Below, piece after piece: positions 15,380 to 23,133 of a stretch of 24,000 nt of DNA. This stretch comes from an uncultured Bacillota bacterium (GTDB taxonomy: Bacteria; Bacillota_I; Bacilli_A; Erysipelotrichales; Erysipelotrichaceae), in NCBI GenBank assembly GCA_949299585.1, contig CASGCC010000001.1, positions 1 through 24,000 on the forward strand. The letters are read 5' to 3'. The position numbers were made by a program, and so were the translations under genes. Under the pieces are notes generated by a model that ran no database searches, had not been told where the DNA came from, and saw nothing but the letters and a program-made list of their open reading frames with translations. Each line of letters opens with the position of its first letter. The first letter of the stretch is position 1.

Positions 15380-15809
15380 AATCAGCAAACATCTGTTTGA
15401 TCATCCAGATGTTTTTACCAAATTGCTGGATATAATTATCCATCAATGATGATATACCATAATTTTCTTCAGCATCAGCTTGTTTTTTGATAGCTTTTGC
15501 GGATGCTAACAAATATTCAAAATCTGCTAATACTGCTTCAAAGATCGCTTTATATCCTATATATTCTGCTTCAGCTTCTTTGATCTTAGCATGTGCTAAG
15601 AATTCTTTGATATTAGCTAAAGGCTTGCCTTCATTGATCAAGATATTTTCAGCAACCTCATCGATAGCGCCATTGATACCATCATATAATTCTTCTAGTT
15701 TGGCATGGATCGTAAAGAAATTCTTTCCTTTGACATACCAGTGGAAATTTTGTAACTTATGATATTCTACCACAAGATCTGCAAGATAATTATTCATCAA
15801 TTCATTCAT
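15378..15809 (-). CDS. dps: Dps family DNA-protecting ferritin-like protein
   Basis: 143 aa. LADLVVEYHKLQNFHWYVKGKNFFTIHAKLEELYD...DEVAE is the Dps ferroxidase-centre signature. Confidence 0.9.
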   Translation of the reverse strand: MNELMNNYLADLVVEYHKLQNFHWYVKGKNFFTIHAKLEELYDGINGAIDEVAENILINEGKPLANIKEFLAHAKIKEAEAEYIGYKAIFEAVLADFEYLLASAKAIKKQADAEENYGISSLMDNYIQQFGKNIWMIKQMFAD

Positions 15810-15848
15810 TTCATAACCTCCTGTTAGTCTTAGCTAACTTATGGCTAT

Positions 15849-15876
15849 ATTTTATCATATCTTGTGGTTACTGCAA
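15849..15876 (-). promoter_or_regulatory. Candidate sigma-A promoter of dps
   Basis: Minus strand: TTGCAG, 16-nt spacer, TGaTAAAAT (extended -10), about 35 nt upstream of the AGGAGG RBS. Confidence 0.5.
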
Positions 15877-15890
15877 TCATTATGCTCTTT

Positions 15891-17063
15891 TTATTGCTTG
15901 GTATATGCTAGTTTTCCCTGTACGAAGGTTCTTTGGACATCTGCCTTATGATCCATCAGGATGATATCCGCATCCTTGCCCGGCGCTAAGGTGCCTTTGA
16001 ACTTATCAACCATGGCAACGATGCTTGGATTTACGCAAGCCATCTGCACGATTTCTTTGATGCTGCAATTACTGATAGCCATCATGCTTTTTACCATATC
16101 ATTCATCCCATAGGCTGAGCCCGCTATCCTGCCGGTTGCTTTTACGCGCACATGTTTTCCTTCTTTTTTACATCTTAAGCCACTAAAAATATATTCTCCA
16201 TCTGGCATATCCTTACCTAGCATGGCATCAGTGATCATAACGATGCGCTTAGCACCAAATTGTTTATAGGTTGCTAGAACGACCGCTTCATCGACATGAA
16301 ACCCATCACATATCAGCTCTGCAAAGGTTTCTGTTTCGATCATTGCCCCGGTAACACAGCCGGGATCTCGATGCAGATGCTGGCTCATCGCATTATATAA
16401 ATGCGTAAAGCCTGTAGCTCCGGCTTTGACGGCATTTGAGACATCTTTGGCCCTAGCATTGCTATGGCCAAGCATGATAATGACATCATGCGCCACAGCA
16501 TAAGCTATGAACTTTGCCATGTCCCTTAATTCCGGAGCAACCGTCATGATCTTCAAACGCCCTTTGGCATGTTCTAACATTTCGCTAAATTCTGCGATCG
16601 AAGGATCTTTGATATAACGCTCATCCATCAAAGCCTTATATTCTTTGCTGATAAAAGGACCTTCCGCATGCACGCCTAATAAATTTGCTCCATTTTCGAT
16701 TGGTTCTATCTTGGCATAACGATCAAGGATCGCCAACATCCTAGGATGATCTACCACCGTTAAGCTTGCCATGAATGATGTACAGCCATCTTTTACGATA
16801 TTTTTAGCCACCGTAGCAACAGCTTCTTTAGTACCTTCGATCAAGTCTTTGCCCTTTGCGCCATGCATATGGATATCAATAAAACCAGGCAGGACATAAA
16901 GACCATGGGCATCGATAAATTCCCCATCACCATCAGCATATTGCTTATAACCATCTTCCTTGCCGATTGCGGCGATCTTATCATCAATTATGACGATATA
17001 TCCCTGATCATATTGGGTCTGACCATCTAGAACGATATTGCCATTATATATTATCTTTTTCAT
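15891..17063 (-). CDS. nagA: N-acetylglucosamine-6-phosphate deacetylase
   Basis: 390 aa with motifs GFIDIHMHGAKG, TVAPE, LGHSNA, THLYNAMS, DGFHV and ITDAM. Confidence 0.9.
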   Translation of the reverse strand: MKKIIYNGNIVLDGQTQYDQGYIVIIDDKIAAIGKEDGYKQYADGDGEFIDAHGLYVLPGFIDIHMHGAKGKDLIEGTKEAVATVAKNIVKDGCTSFMASLTVVDHPRMLAILDRYAKIEPIENGANLLGVHAEGPFISKEYKALMDERYIKDPSIAEFSEMLEHAKGRLKIMTVAPELRDMAKFIAYAVAHDVIIMLGHSNARAKDVSNAVKAGATGFTHLYNAMSQHLHRDPGCVTGAMIETETFAELICDGFHVDEAVVLATYKQFGAKRIVMITDAMLGKDMPDGEYIFSGLRCKKEGKHVRVKATGRIAGSAYGMNDMVKSMMAISNCSIKEIVQMACVNPSIVAMVDKFKGTLAPGKDADIILMDHKADVQRTFVQGKLAYTKQ

Positions 17064-17067
17064 GGCA

Positions 17068-17760
17068 TCATCCCATTTTTGCCTTGCTAAAATCTTCTAG
17101 GATCTTTAGGGCACTGCTAGTGCCGATACGTGTTGCCCCCGCTTCCAACATCTGCCTACAAGTTTCCCAATCCCGGATCCCTCCGGCCGCTTTGACCATT
17201 ACCTCATCTTGAACAACTTCTTTCATCAATCTAACATCTTCGACCTTAGCACCGCCACTTCCAAAACCTGTGCTGGTCTTGATGAAATCCGGCTTAACTT
17301 TCTTAGCAATTTCAGCTAATTTTCGTATTTCCTCGCATGTTAAATAACAGTTTTCAAATATCACCTTGCAGATGACCTTATGATCATGACATAGCTTGGT
17401 TATTTCTTTCATCTCTGTTTCGATATAAGCCCAATTATGCATCTTAGCTTTAGCAATATTGATGACATAATCGATCTCATCAGCGCCATCAGCAATCGCT
17501 TTAGCTGTTTCAGCAAGCTTGATCTCCAAAGTAGTTTGTCCTAAAGGAAATGAAATTGCCGCACCTACATGAACGTTTGCGCCTTTTAACAATTCTTTGC
17601 ATAATGCAACATCTGCAGAATTGATCGCAACCATAGCTGCGCCTATTTCCTTAGCTTCTTGACATAATTTCTTAAAATCATCATCCGTCGCATATGGCTT
17701 TAACAAAGTATGATCAAAATAGCTAGCTAGTTGTGCTTGAGTTAGATCTTGTATCTTCAT
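17068..17760 (-). CDS. deoC: Deoxyribose-phosphate aldolase family protein
   Basis: Motifs are YFDHTLLKPYAT, DEIDYVINI, the Schiff-base Lys in FIKTSTGF, KAAGGIR and GATRIGTSS. I chose the third ATG (17760), 7 nt after AGGAGG, over the ORF-track start at 17781. Confidence 0.85.
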   Translation of the reverse strand: MKIQDLTQAQLASYFDHTLLKPYATDDDFKKLCQEAKEIGAAMVAINSADVALCKELLKGANVHVGAAISFPLGQTTLEIKLAETAKAIADGADEIDYVINIAKAKMHNWAYIETEMKEITKLCHDHKVICKVIFENCYLTCEEIRKLAEIAKKVKPDFIKTSTGFGSGGAKVEDVRLMKEVVQDEVMVKAAGGIRDWETCRQMLEAGATRIGTSSALKILEDFSKAKMG

Positions 17761-17846
17761 CATCATTCCTCCTTTGTTCATATCTTAATTATATTTTACA
17801 AACAAATATCAAAGCCCAGCAAGCAAATAAAGACAATTAATTTCAT

Positions 17847-18572
17847 TTATTTTGTTGCTTTTGAAGGATGATTTTCGACCAGGTAAGCATTATATCCATA
17901 GGAACATATATGGATAAACCAAAGCAAGCAAATAATAAGCAAAGGTAACAACGAAAATCCTTCTAAACCAGATAACAACAAAAATATCGAAGCCATGATG
18001 GGATAAATCGAAAACATTAGCTGCGATGATCTAAAAGCAGCTTTTTCACTAATGGCTTTCAACGCCTCATCCATCTGATCGTTCCATTTTTGGGCAAATT
18101 TCATATCATAAATGGAAGCATTGATTTCCGGATGCAGATCTTTGGCAAGTTTTGCAACCTTAATTTCCATAAATATATTTATCAACAATAGACATGCTAC
18201 AACCGTTAAACAAATCAAGCTGATAAGCTTATTTATAGATCCCGTATATGTTGCGCTACAATAAAACAATAATGGCAACGCAACTAACGTTAAATTAGAA
18301 GCTATGCAAGCAGCCCTATTGGCAATATCATAATTATCATCGTTTATTCCATGTTTGATCAAGCGTTTGCTCTTTTGATAATAGCCCAATGATATGATCG
18401 TTATGATCAAAGCTATGACGCCACCAACACGCCCTATTGCCAATAAAATATATTCGATACTTATCTCATTCAAGCTTACAGCTAATGCATCCAACACGAA
18501 ATAAGCTATGGCACCCCCAATAGCACACAAACATAAAACCAAATAGAAAAAAGCCTTTTTACTCATCCTCAA
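17847..18572 (-). CDS. Polytopic membrane protein of unknown function, partnered with an XRE regulator (DUF3169-like arrangement)
   Basis: 241 aa with about 6 TM segments. Its start overlaps the upstream XRE gene by 14 nt. The family assignment is from memory only. Confidence 0.5.
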   Translation of the reverse strand: MRMSKKAFFYLVLCLCAIGGAIAYFVLDALAVSLNEISIEYILLAIGRVGGVIALIITIISLGYYQKSKRLIKHGINDDNYDIANRAACIASNLTLVALPLLFYCSATYTGSINKLISLICLTVVACLLLINIFMEIKVAKLAKDLHPEINASIYDMKFAQKWNDQMDEALKAISEKAAFRSSQLMFSIYPIMASIFLLLSGLEGFSLLPLLIICLLWFIHICSYGYNAYLVENHPSKATK

Positions 18573-18774
18573 ATTCTCCTTTCAGATAAAATACCGTTTC
18601 ACAAGACACATTAAATACATGAGCTAATTTTAAAGCTAATAATATCGAGGGATTATAATCTCCTCTTTCGATCTGACTAATAGTTTGCCTAGATACTCCG
18701 ACCATGCTTCCTAGCTCTTGTTGATTAATATTTAATCGTGCTCTTAATTCTTTGACTCGATTATATAGTGGCAT
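18559..18774 (-). CDS. XRE family helix-turn-helix transcriptional regulator
   Basis: 71 aa. NRVKELRARLNINQQELGSMVGVSRQTISQIERGDYNPS is the canonical Cro/C1-type HTH. Confidence 0.9.
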   Translation of the reverse strand: MPLYNRVKELRARLNINQQELGSMVGVSRQTISQIERGDYNPSILLALKLAHVFNVSCETVFYLKGEFEDE

Positions 18775-18813
18775 ATTGCTCCTTTCTTTAAAATGACAAA
18801 TATCATTAACTTT

Positions 18814-18866
18814 TTGACAACTATTCTTGTCATCATCATTATATTATTGACAACTTTAGTTGTCAA
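18814..18866. promoter_or_regulatory. Two TTGACAAC-type inverted repeats upstream of the XRE gene (candidate autoregulatory operators overlapping the promoter)
   Basis: A perfect palindrome TTGACAAC-TTTA-GTTGTCAA lies at 18847-18866. A degenerate copy TTGACAAC-TATT-CTTGTCAT lies at 18814-18833, 33 bp away. Both contain TTGACA. Confidence 0.55.
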
Positions 18867-18899
18867 TAACGATATTTATCTTCTTAAGATAAACGTTAT

Positions 18900-18925
18900 A
18901 AAAAAGGTGCACGCGTGCACCTTTT
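18900..18925 (-). terminator. Intrinsic terminator of brnQ
   Basis: GC-rich palindrome AAAAGGTGCACGCGTGCACCTTTT with a flanking A/T run. It overlaps the brnQ stop codon. Confidence 0.7.
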
Positions 18926-20240
18926 AATCAACAATCATCATATCTTTTATTTTAGCATATAGATAGCATGCTGCCGCAATGACCAGACCAACGATGCTCC
19001 AGCCAATGCCTAACTGATAAAATGGCAGCTTGGCGCAAATATCACTGATCAATGGCAAGCTGATATTTAAACCATCCAGGGCATAAATCACGCTAACGAT
19101 ACCTACTCCTAAGATCGTTAACGGGTAGATATATGGTATGTCTTTGATATGCTCATCACATAATCCCAAGATGATCAAGACGATAGCGATCGGATAAATG
19201 GCATTTAAGACCGGAACCGAAATGCTTAAGATCGTATTTAATCCCTGATTGCAGATTACAAAGGCAAAAAGCGTGATCATGACCACAAATTGACGATAGC
19301 TAAAGCGTTTGAACAAGCCCGCAAAATACTGCGAGATCGATGTAATCAAGCCTACGCAGGTCGTTAAACAAGCTAGGGAAAAGATCATCGCCAAGACGAT
19401 AGCGCCAAATGACCCAAAAACATCTTCAACGATACAGCGCAAGGTCCATGCTCCATTTTCCCTTAGCGCATATAAGCCTGAAACTTCCATGCCCATATAA
19501 GCTAACATCAGATAGATCAGTGCAAGGATGATGCCTGCAAAGATCCCACATACCAAGGTATAATGCATGATATCTTTCTTGCTTGAAATATTGAAAGAAG
19601 AGATGGTCGCAGCAATAACAAAACCAAAATTAAGGGCTGCGATCGTATCCATCGTATTATAACCTTCTAAGAAACCTACCACTGCTGGTGCATCCGCATA
19701 GCTTGCCTGTGGCAATGCTATGGCGCTATGACCTTTAAACAAAAAACTTACAAACAAGAAAATGATCAAGATCAACAAGCTAGGCGTCAAGACCTTACCG
19801 ATCCTTTCTACTAATTTATTCGGAGTCAACGCCAACCAGATCGCAATTGCAAAAAAGATGCCCGAATAGATCAGCATATACAAGGTCAAAGGACTACTTG
19901 CTGGTAAATATGGGGCAACAGCCATCTCAAAAGGTACCGAAGCCGCTCTAGGGATCCCTAATCCCGGGCCGATCGAAAGATAGATCAGCAAAGTAAAGAT
20001 CAAGGCAAATTGCGGATTAACCTTGGCAGCTAACTGCTGCAAACCATCAAATTTAGCCACGACCACAACACCTAGTACCGGCAATGCTACTGCGGTAATT
20101 AAAAAGAATAAAATGGCTACCGGCATGTTAGTGCCTGCATTTTGGCCTAAGAAAGGCGGAAAGATCAAATTACCAGCTCCAAAAAATAGAGAAAATAACA
20201 TAAAGCTGATCAAGATCATTTGTTTTTTTGTTAGTCGCAT
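18924..20240 (-). CDS. brnQ: Branched-chain amino acid transport system II carrier protein (LIVCS family)
   Basis: FSLFFGAGNLIFPPFLGQNAG and about 12 TM segments. The start is set at ATG 20240 (MRLTKKQ), 7 nt after AGGAGG, rather than the ORF-track start at 20273. Confidence 0.9.
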   Translation of the reverse strand: MRLTKKQMILISFMLFSLFFGAGNLIFPPFLGQNAGTNMPVAILFFLITAVALPVLGVVVVAKFDGLQQLAAKVNPQFALIFTLLIYLSIGPGLGIPRAASVPFEMAVAPYLPASSPLTLYMLIYSGIFFAIAIWLALTPNKLVERIGKVLTPSLLILIIFLFVSFLFKGHSAIALPQASYADAPAVVGFLEGYNTMDTIAALNFGFVIAATISSFNISSKKDIMHYTLVCGIFAGIILALIYLMLAYMGMEVSGLYALRENGAWTLRCIVEDVFGSFGAIVLAMIFSLACLTTCVGLITSISQYFAGLFKRFSYRQFVVMITLFAFVICNQGLNTILSISVPVLNAIYPIAIVLIILGLCDEHIKDIPYIYPLTILGVGIVSVIYALDGLNISLPLISDICAKLPFYQLGIGWSIVGLVIAAACYLYAKIKDMMIVD

Positions 20241-20290
20241 ATTCATACCTCCTTGCATGATCATCCACATCAATGCTTAGCATTTTTCCC

Positions 20291-20333
20291 CATAATATCC
20301 ATTGATATTATGTTAAATTTAGCATATAATTAA
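20291..20333 (-). promoter_or_regulatory. Candidate brnQ promoter with an overlapping perfect palindrome
   Basis: Minus strand: TTAATT (20333-20328), 17-nt spacer, TAATAT (20310-20305). The palindrome CATAATATC-N4-GATATTATG (20291-20312) covers the -10 box and the predicted start site. Confidence 0.35.
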
Positions 20334-20390
20334 AAACACAATTTTTCATTTTCCTACCATTTAGAAACCTTAAACCCCATGAACTTCTTA

Positions 20391-20399
20391 TGATAAAAT
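20391..20399 (+). promoter_or_regulatory. Candidate extended -10 promoter element of the antiporter gene
   Basis: TGaTAAAAT lies 25 nt upstream of the ATG. The -35 region is poor (TAAACC). Confidence 0.35.
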
Positions 20400-20423
20400 G
20401 TTAGAAATAGGCAGGTGATAACG

Positions 20424-22037
20424 ATGAATGAACCTCTTTTACTGGTAGGATGCGTCATTTTTATATCTATATTACTTAATAACTTATTAGCAAAAGTGCC
20501 TGTCCCTTCATTATTGATCTTTATTGGTCTAGGCATGCTTTTTGGTGAAAACGGCATCTTAAGGATACCTTTCAATGACTATGAAGCCGTCAATGTAGTA
20601 TGCTCCGTTTGTTTGATCTTCATCATGTTTTATGGCGGATTTGGCACTAATATCAAAGTAGCTAGACCTGTCTTGCTGCCGTCCGCCTTGCTTTCAACCT
20701 TTGGGGTAGTGGCAACCGCTGGCGCAACAGCCTTATTTGCTCATCTTGGGCTTTCGTTGCCTTGGTTAGAAAGTTTTCTTATTGGCGCCGTCATTTCTTC
20801 CACGGATGCTGCTTCGGTATTTAATATCCTGCGTTCACAAAAACTAGCTTTAAAATATCATACTGACTCCTTGTTAGAAGTTGAATCTGGTTCTAATGAC
20901 CCCATGAGCTATATGCTTACCGCCGTCGCTGTAGCCTTGCTTAGCGCCCAAACGCTCAATGTGCCGTTGTTGCTTATTCGCCAGATTGGCATCGGCGTCA
21001 TTTGCGGCATAGCGATGGGCTATCTGGCAGTAAAGCTTCTTCATCAACAGTTGCTTCCTAGCCAACAAGATCATACGATCTTTCTGCTAGCCATCATGGT
21101 CCTAGCTTACGCTATCCCCGCTTATTGCGAAGGCAATGGTTATCTGAGCGTATATCTATGTGGGATCTGGATCGGCAACGCTAAACTAGCGCAAAAGAAA
21201 TACTTAAGTCACTTCTTTGATGTATTGACCCATGTGGCTCAGGTCCAGATCTTCTTTTTGCTAGGCTTGCTAGTAACCCCGATAGAATTACCCGAAGTGA
21301 TCTTGCCCGCCATTATCTTGATGCTTTTGCTTACCTTAGTGGTACGTCCCGCTGTTTGTACCATAATATTGCTGCCATTTAAGCCAAAGCTCCAGCAACT
21401 AGCGATGATCTCCTGGGCCGGGTTGCGTGGGGCATCTTCCATCGTATTTGCGATCAGTGCCGTACTTAGCAACGTCAGCATTACCTATAATCTGTACAAT
21501 CTGATCTTTTGTATGGTCATCATGTCCATTTCGATCCAAGGCACCTTGCTGCCTTGGGTCGCTAAGCAGCTAGCCATGATCGATGCTACCGCAGATATCA
21601 ATCATACCTTTAACGACTACCAAGAAGACAGCGATATCAGCTTCATCAAGATCCATCTAGATCCCACCCACAGTTGGTGTCAAAAAACCTTAGAACAATT
21701 GCGCTTGCCATCTGAACTATTGGTATCGATGATCATCCGCAAGGACAACATCGTCATGCCTACCGGCCAAACCATGTTAGAAGCTGGCGATCTGTTAGTT
21801 TTAGCAGCTCGCAGTTTTGATGATCGAGAGCATCTGGTCCTACGCGAAATCGTCGTCGGCCACAAGAAAGCCTACGCCAACATGACCCTTGCGCAAATTC
21901 CCCAAACCCAGACCTCGCGGATCATCCTCATCAAACGTGGCATTGACACCATCATTCCTTCAGGAACAACTATGATCAAACCTGGCGACATCCTGGTCAT
22001 GACCAAATTTTCATTAGAAAGATCCAAAAAGGCTTAG
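20424..22037 (+). CDS. nhaP2: K+/H+ antiporter, NhaP2/CvrA type (CPA1) with C-terminal RCK_C/TrkA-C domains
   Basis: Motifs are IGAVISSTDAASVF and LEVESGSNDP, within a membrane domain of about 12 TM segments. The C-terminus carries two GD(L/I)LV(L/M) RCK_C-like repeats. I prefer the ATG at 20424 (RBS AGGTGA 5 nt upstream) over the GTG at 20415. Confidence 0.9.
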   Translation: MNEPLLLVGCVIFISILLNNLLAKVPVPSLLIFIGLGMLFGENGILRIPFNDYEAVNVVCSVCLIFIMFYGGFGTNIKVARPVLLPSALLSTFGVVATAGATALFAHLGLSLPWLESFLIGAVISSTDAASVFNILRSQKLALKYHTDSLLEVESGSNDPMSYMLTAVAVALLSAQTLNVPLLLIRQIGIGVICGIAMGYLAVKLLHQQLLPSQQDHTIFLLAIMVLAYAIPAYCEGNGYLSVYLCGIWIGNAKLAQKKYLSHFFDVLTHVAQVQIFFLLGLLVTPIELPEVILPAIILMLLLTLVVRPAVCTIILLPFKPKLQQLAMISWAGLRGASSIVFAISAVLSNVSITYNLYNLIFCMVIMSISIQGTLLPWVAKQLAMIDATADINHTFNDYQEDSDISFIKIHLDPTHSWCQKTLEQLRLPSELLVSMIIRKDNIVMPTGQTMLEAGDLLVLAARSFDDREHLVLREIVVGHKKAYANMTLAQIPQTQTSRIILIKRGIDTIIPSGTTMIKPGDILVMTKFSLERSKKA

Positions 22038-22072
22038 CTGATGCTTTTTATCAAAAGTTATCAGCTTTTTTT
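22036..22072 (+). terminator. Intrinsic terminator of the antiporter gene
   Basis: AGCTGAT...ATCAGCT stem, extendable through CTTTT/AAAAG, followed by T7. It starts at the stop codon. Confidence 0.65.
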
Positions 22073-22086
22073 AATTCCATGACAAT

Positions 22087-22114
22087 AAAAAAATCGTCCT
22101 ATGCAAAGGACGAT
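22087..22114 (-). terminator. Terminator helix of the T-box leader
   Basis: Minus strand: ATCGTCCT-TTGCAT-AGGACGAT followed by T7. Confidence 0.85.
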
Positions 22115-22335
22115 ATATTACCGTGGTACCACCTAATTTCCCAAGTATGCTTGGCTTTACACATCTAACAATGTTCATCATCGCTAACGGGACTTGACGC
22201 CGGCTTCCTTACTTATTTCAGGTTGCTTCTAGAAGATGATTTGGGCATATCAGGTCTTTGATCATTTCCACCTGCCATGATCTCTCTGTTAAAGACTTAT
22301 GATAGCTTACTTATTCTTCATCATCGAATTTATAT
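22087..22335 (-). promoter_or_regulatory. T-box riboswitch leader (tRNA-sensing transcription attenuator), apparently complete
   Basis: Elements on the minus strand are listed below.
- GATGA K-turn-like motif and AGTA box.
- AG bulge AGAGA plus distal loop GGCAGGTGGAA (22289-22260).
- Specifier-loop region (22252-22232).
- A second AGTAAGG.
- F-box CCGTTA (22190-22185).
- Stem III CCAAG-CATA-CTTGG (22155-22140).
- T-box sequence AAATTAGGTGGTACCACGG (22139-22121).
- An antiterminator AGG[TGGTACC]ACG..CGTCCT that competes with the terminator. Confidence 0.85.
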
Positions 22336-22340
22336 CATTT

Positions 22341-22369
22341 ATTTTAAATGATGGCTCATGCATTTGCAA
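22341..22369 (-). promoter_or_regulatory. Sigma-A promoter driving the T-box leader
   Basis: Minus strand: TTGCAA (22369-22364), exactly 17-nt spacer, TAAAAT (22346-22341). It lies 12 nt downstream of the ABC ATPase stop codon. Confidence 0.7.
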
Positions 22370-22380
22370 TCCAGAATTAA

Positions 22381-23133
22381 TTATTTAAATAAATAAAATT
22401 CATGATCATCTTCGATACAGCGAATCTTTTGCATCTGAAAGATCTTTTCAGGGATATTATTTGCGATAAGCTGTTCAGCATCTCCCTGAAAGATCAATTT
22501 TCCTTGATCCATGACCAGGATGATATCAGCTAATTCTATGGCTTGATTGATATCATGTAAGATCGTTATCACGCTCTTTCCTTGCAAAGGACATGTCTTT
22601 AAAGCCTTAAGCATATGTTTGACGTAAGGAACATCTAAATTTGCCGTTGGCTCATCAACTAACAAGATCTTGCTTTGTTGACAAAGCATCATTGCAAAGA
22701 AAGCTTTACGCCTCTCGCCCCCTGAACACTGATCGATCCGCCGATCAGCAATATCCATCAACTGATGCTCAGCTAACAATTCATCAACGATCTGCTTATC
22801 CTTCAAACTTAAACGCCCACTATAACCAACATAAGGGTGCCGTCCAAAAGAAACTAGCTTACGCAAGCTAACTGGAGGCTGCGGCAAAGATTGCGGCATG
22901 GTTGCTATTACCTTTGCCTTTTCCAATAACGGCATTTTCTTGACATCCTGCCTATCGATCAGTACTTTGCCATCATAGCGGATATTTTGATTGATTGCGC
23001 GTAGCAAGGTCGTCTTTCCACTGCCGTTTTTACCTAATATGACCGCTAGCTTACCATCAGGTATCACAAAAGACACTTGATCTACCAATATCTTTTTATT
23101 TATCCTTACTGTAAGGCTTTCACATTCGACCAT
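22381..23133 (-). CDS. ABC transporter ATP-binding protein, FecE/FepC/BtuD-like (iron-chelate/cobalamin importer type)
   Basis: 250 aa. Walker A is GKNGSGKTTLL, the signature is CSGGERRKA and Walker B is ILLVDEPTANLD. It overlaps the upstream permease gene by 14 nt. Confidence 0.85.
   Translation of the reverse strand: MVECESLTVRINKKILVDQVSFVIPDGKLAVILGKNGSGKTTLLRAINQNIRYDGKVLIDRQDVKKMPLLEKAKVIATMPQSLPQPPVSLRKLVSFGRHPYVGYSGRLSLKDKQIVDELLAEHQLMDIADRRIDQCSGGERRKAFFAMMLCQQSKILLVDEPTANLDVPYVKHMLKALKTCPLQGKSVITILHDINQAIELADIILVMDQGKLIFQGDAEQLIANNIPEKIFQMQKIRCIEDDHEFYLFK

Noticed and set aside
15810-15890. PerR/Fur-type box upstream of dps (GCATAATGATTGCAG)
   Set aside because: Only one half-site resembles the TTATAAT-N-ATTATAA consensus, which is too weak to call without a matrix search.
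20354-20575. 73-aa minus-strand ORF overlapping the 5' end of the antiporter gene
   Set aside because: It overlaps a well-supported plus-strand gene and the divergent promoter region. It has no RBS or motifs.
20874-21865. Three minus-strand ORFs (66, 80 and 61 aa) inside the antiporter gene, as possible targets of the T-box
   Set aside because: They are short and Arg/Ser/Thr-rich with no RBS or family resemblance. They are interrupted by stops between them, which is consistent with antisense shadow frames.
22051-22080. 9-codon minus-strand mini-ORF (MELKKADNF) right after the T-box terminator, as a possible regulated peptide
   Set aside because: It has no Shine-Dalgarno sequence, since the preceding sequence is the terminator T-tract. 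It also lies inside the antiporter gene's terminator hairpin, so it is most likely fortuitous.
22090-22370. Structured region next to a BtuCD/FecCD-like ABC importer, first suspected to be a cobalamin riboswitch or a small RNA gene
   Set aside because: It lies downstream of the ABC genes on their strand, not upstream. It also contains the diagnostic T-box motifs (GGTGGTACCACGG, AGAGA/GGTGGAA, CCGTTA) rather than a B12 box.
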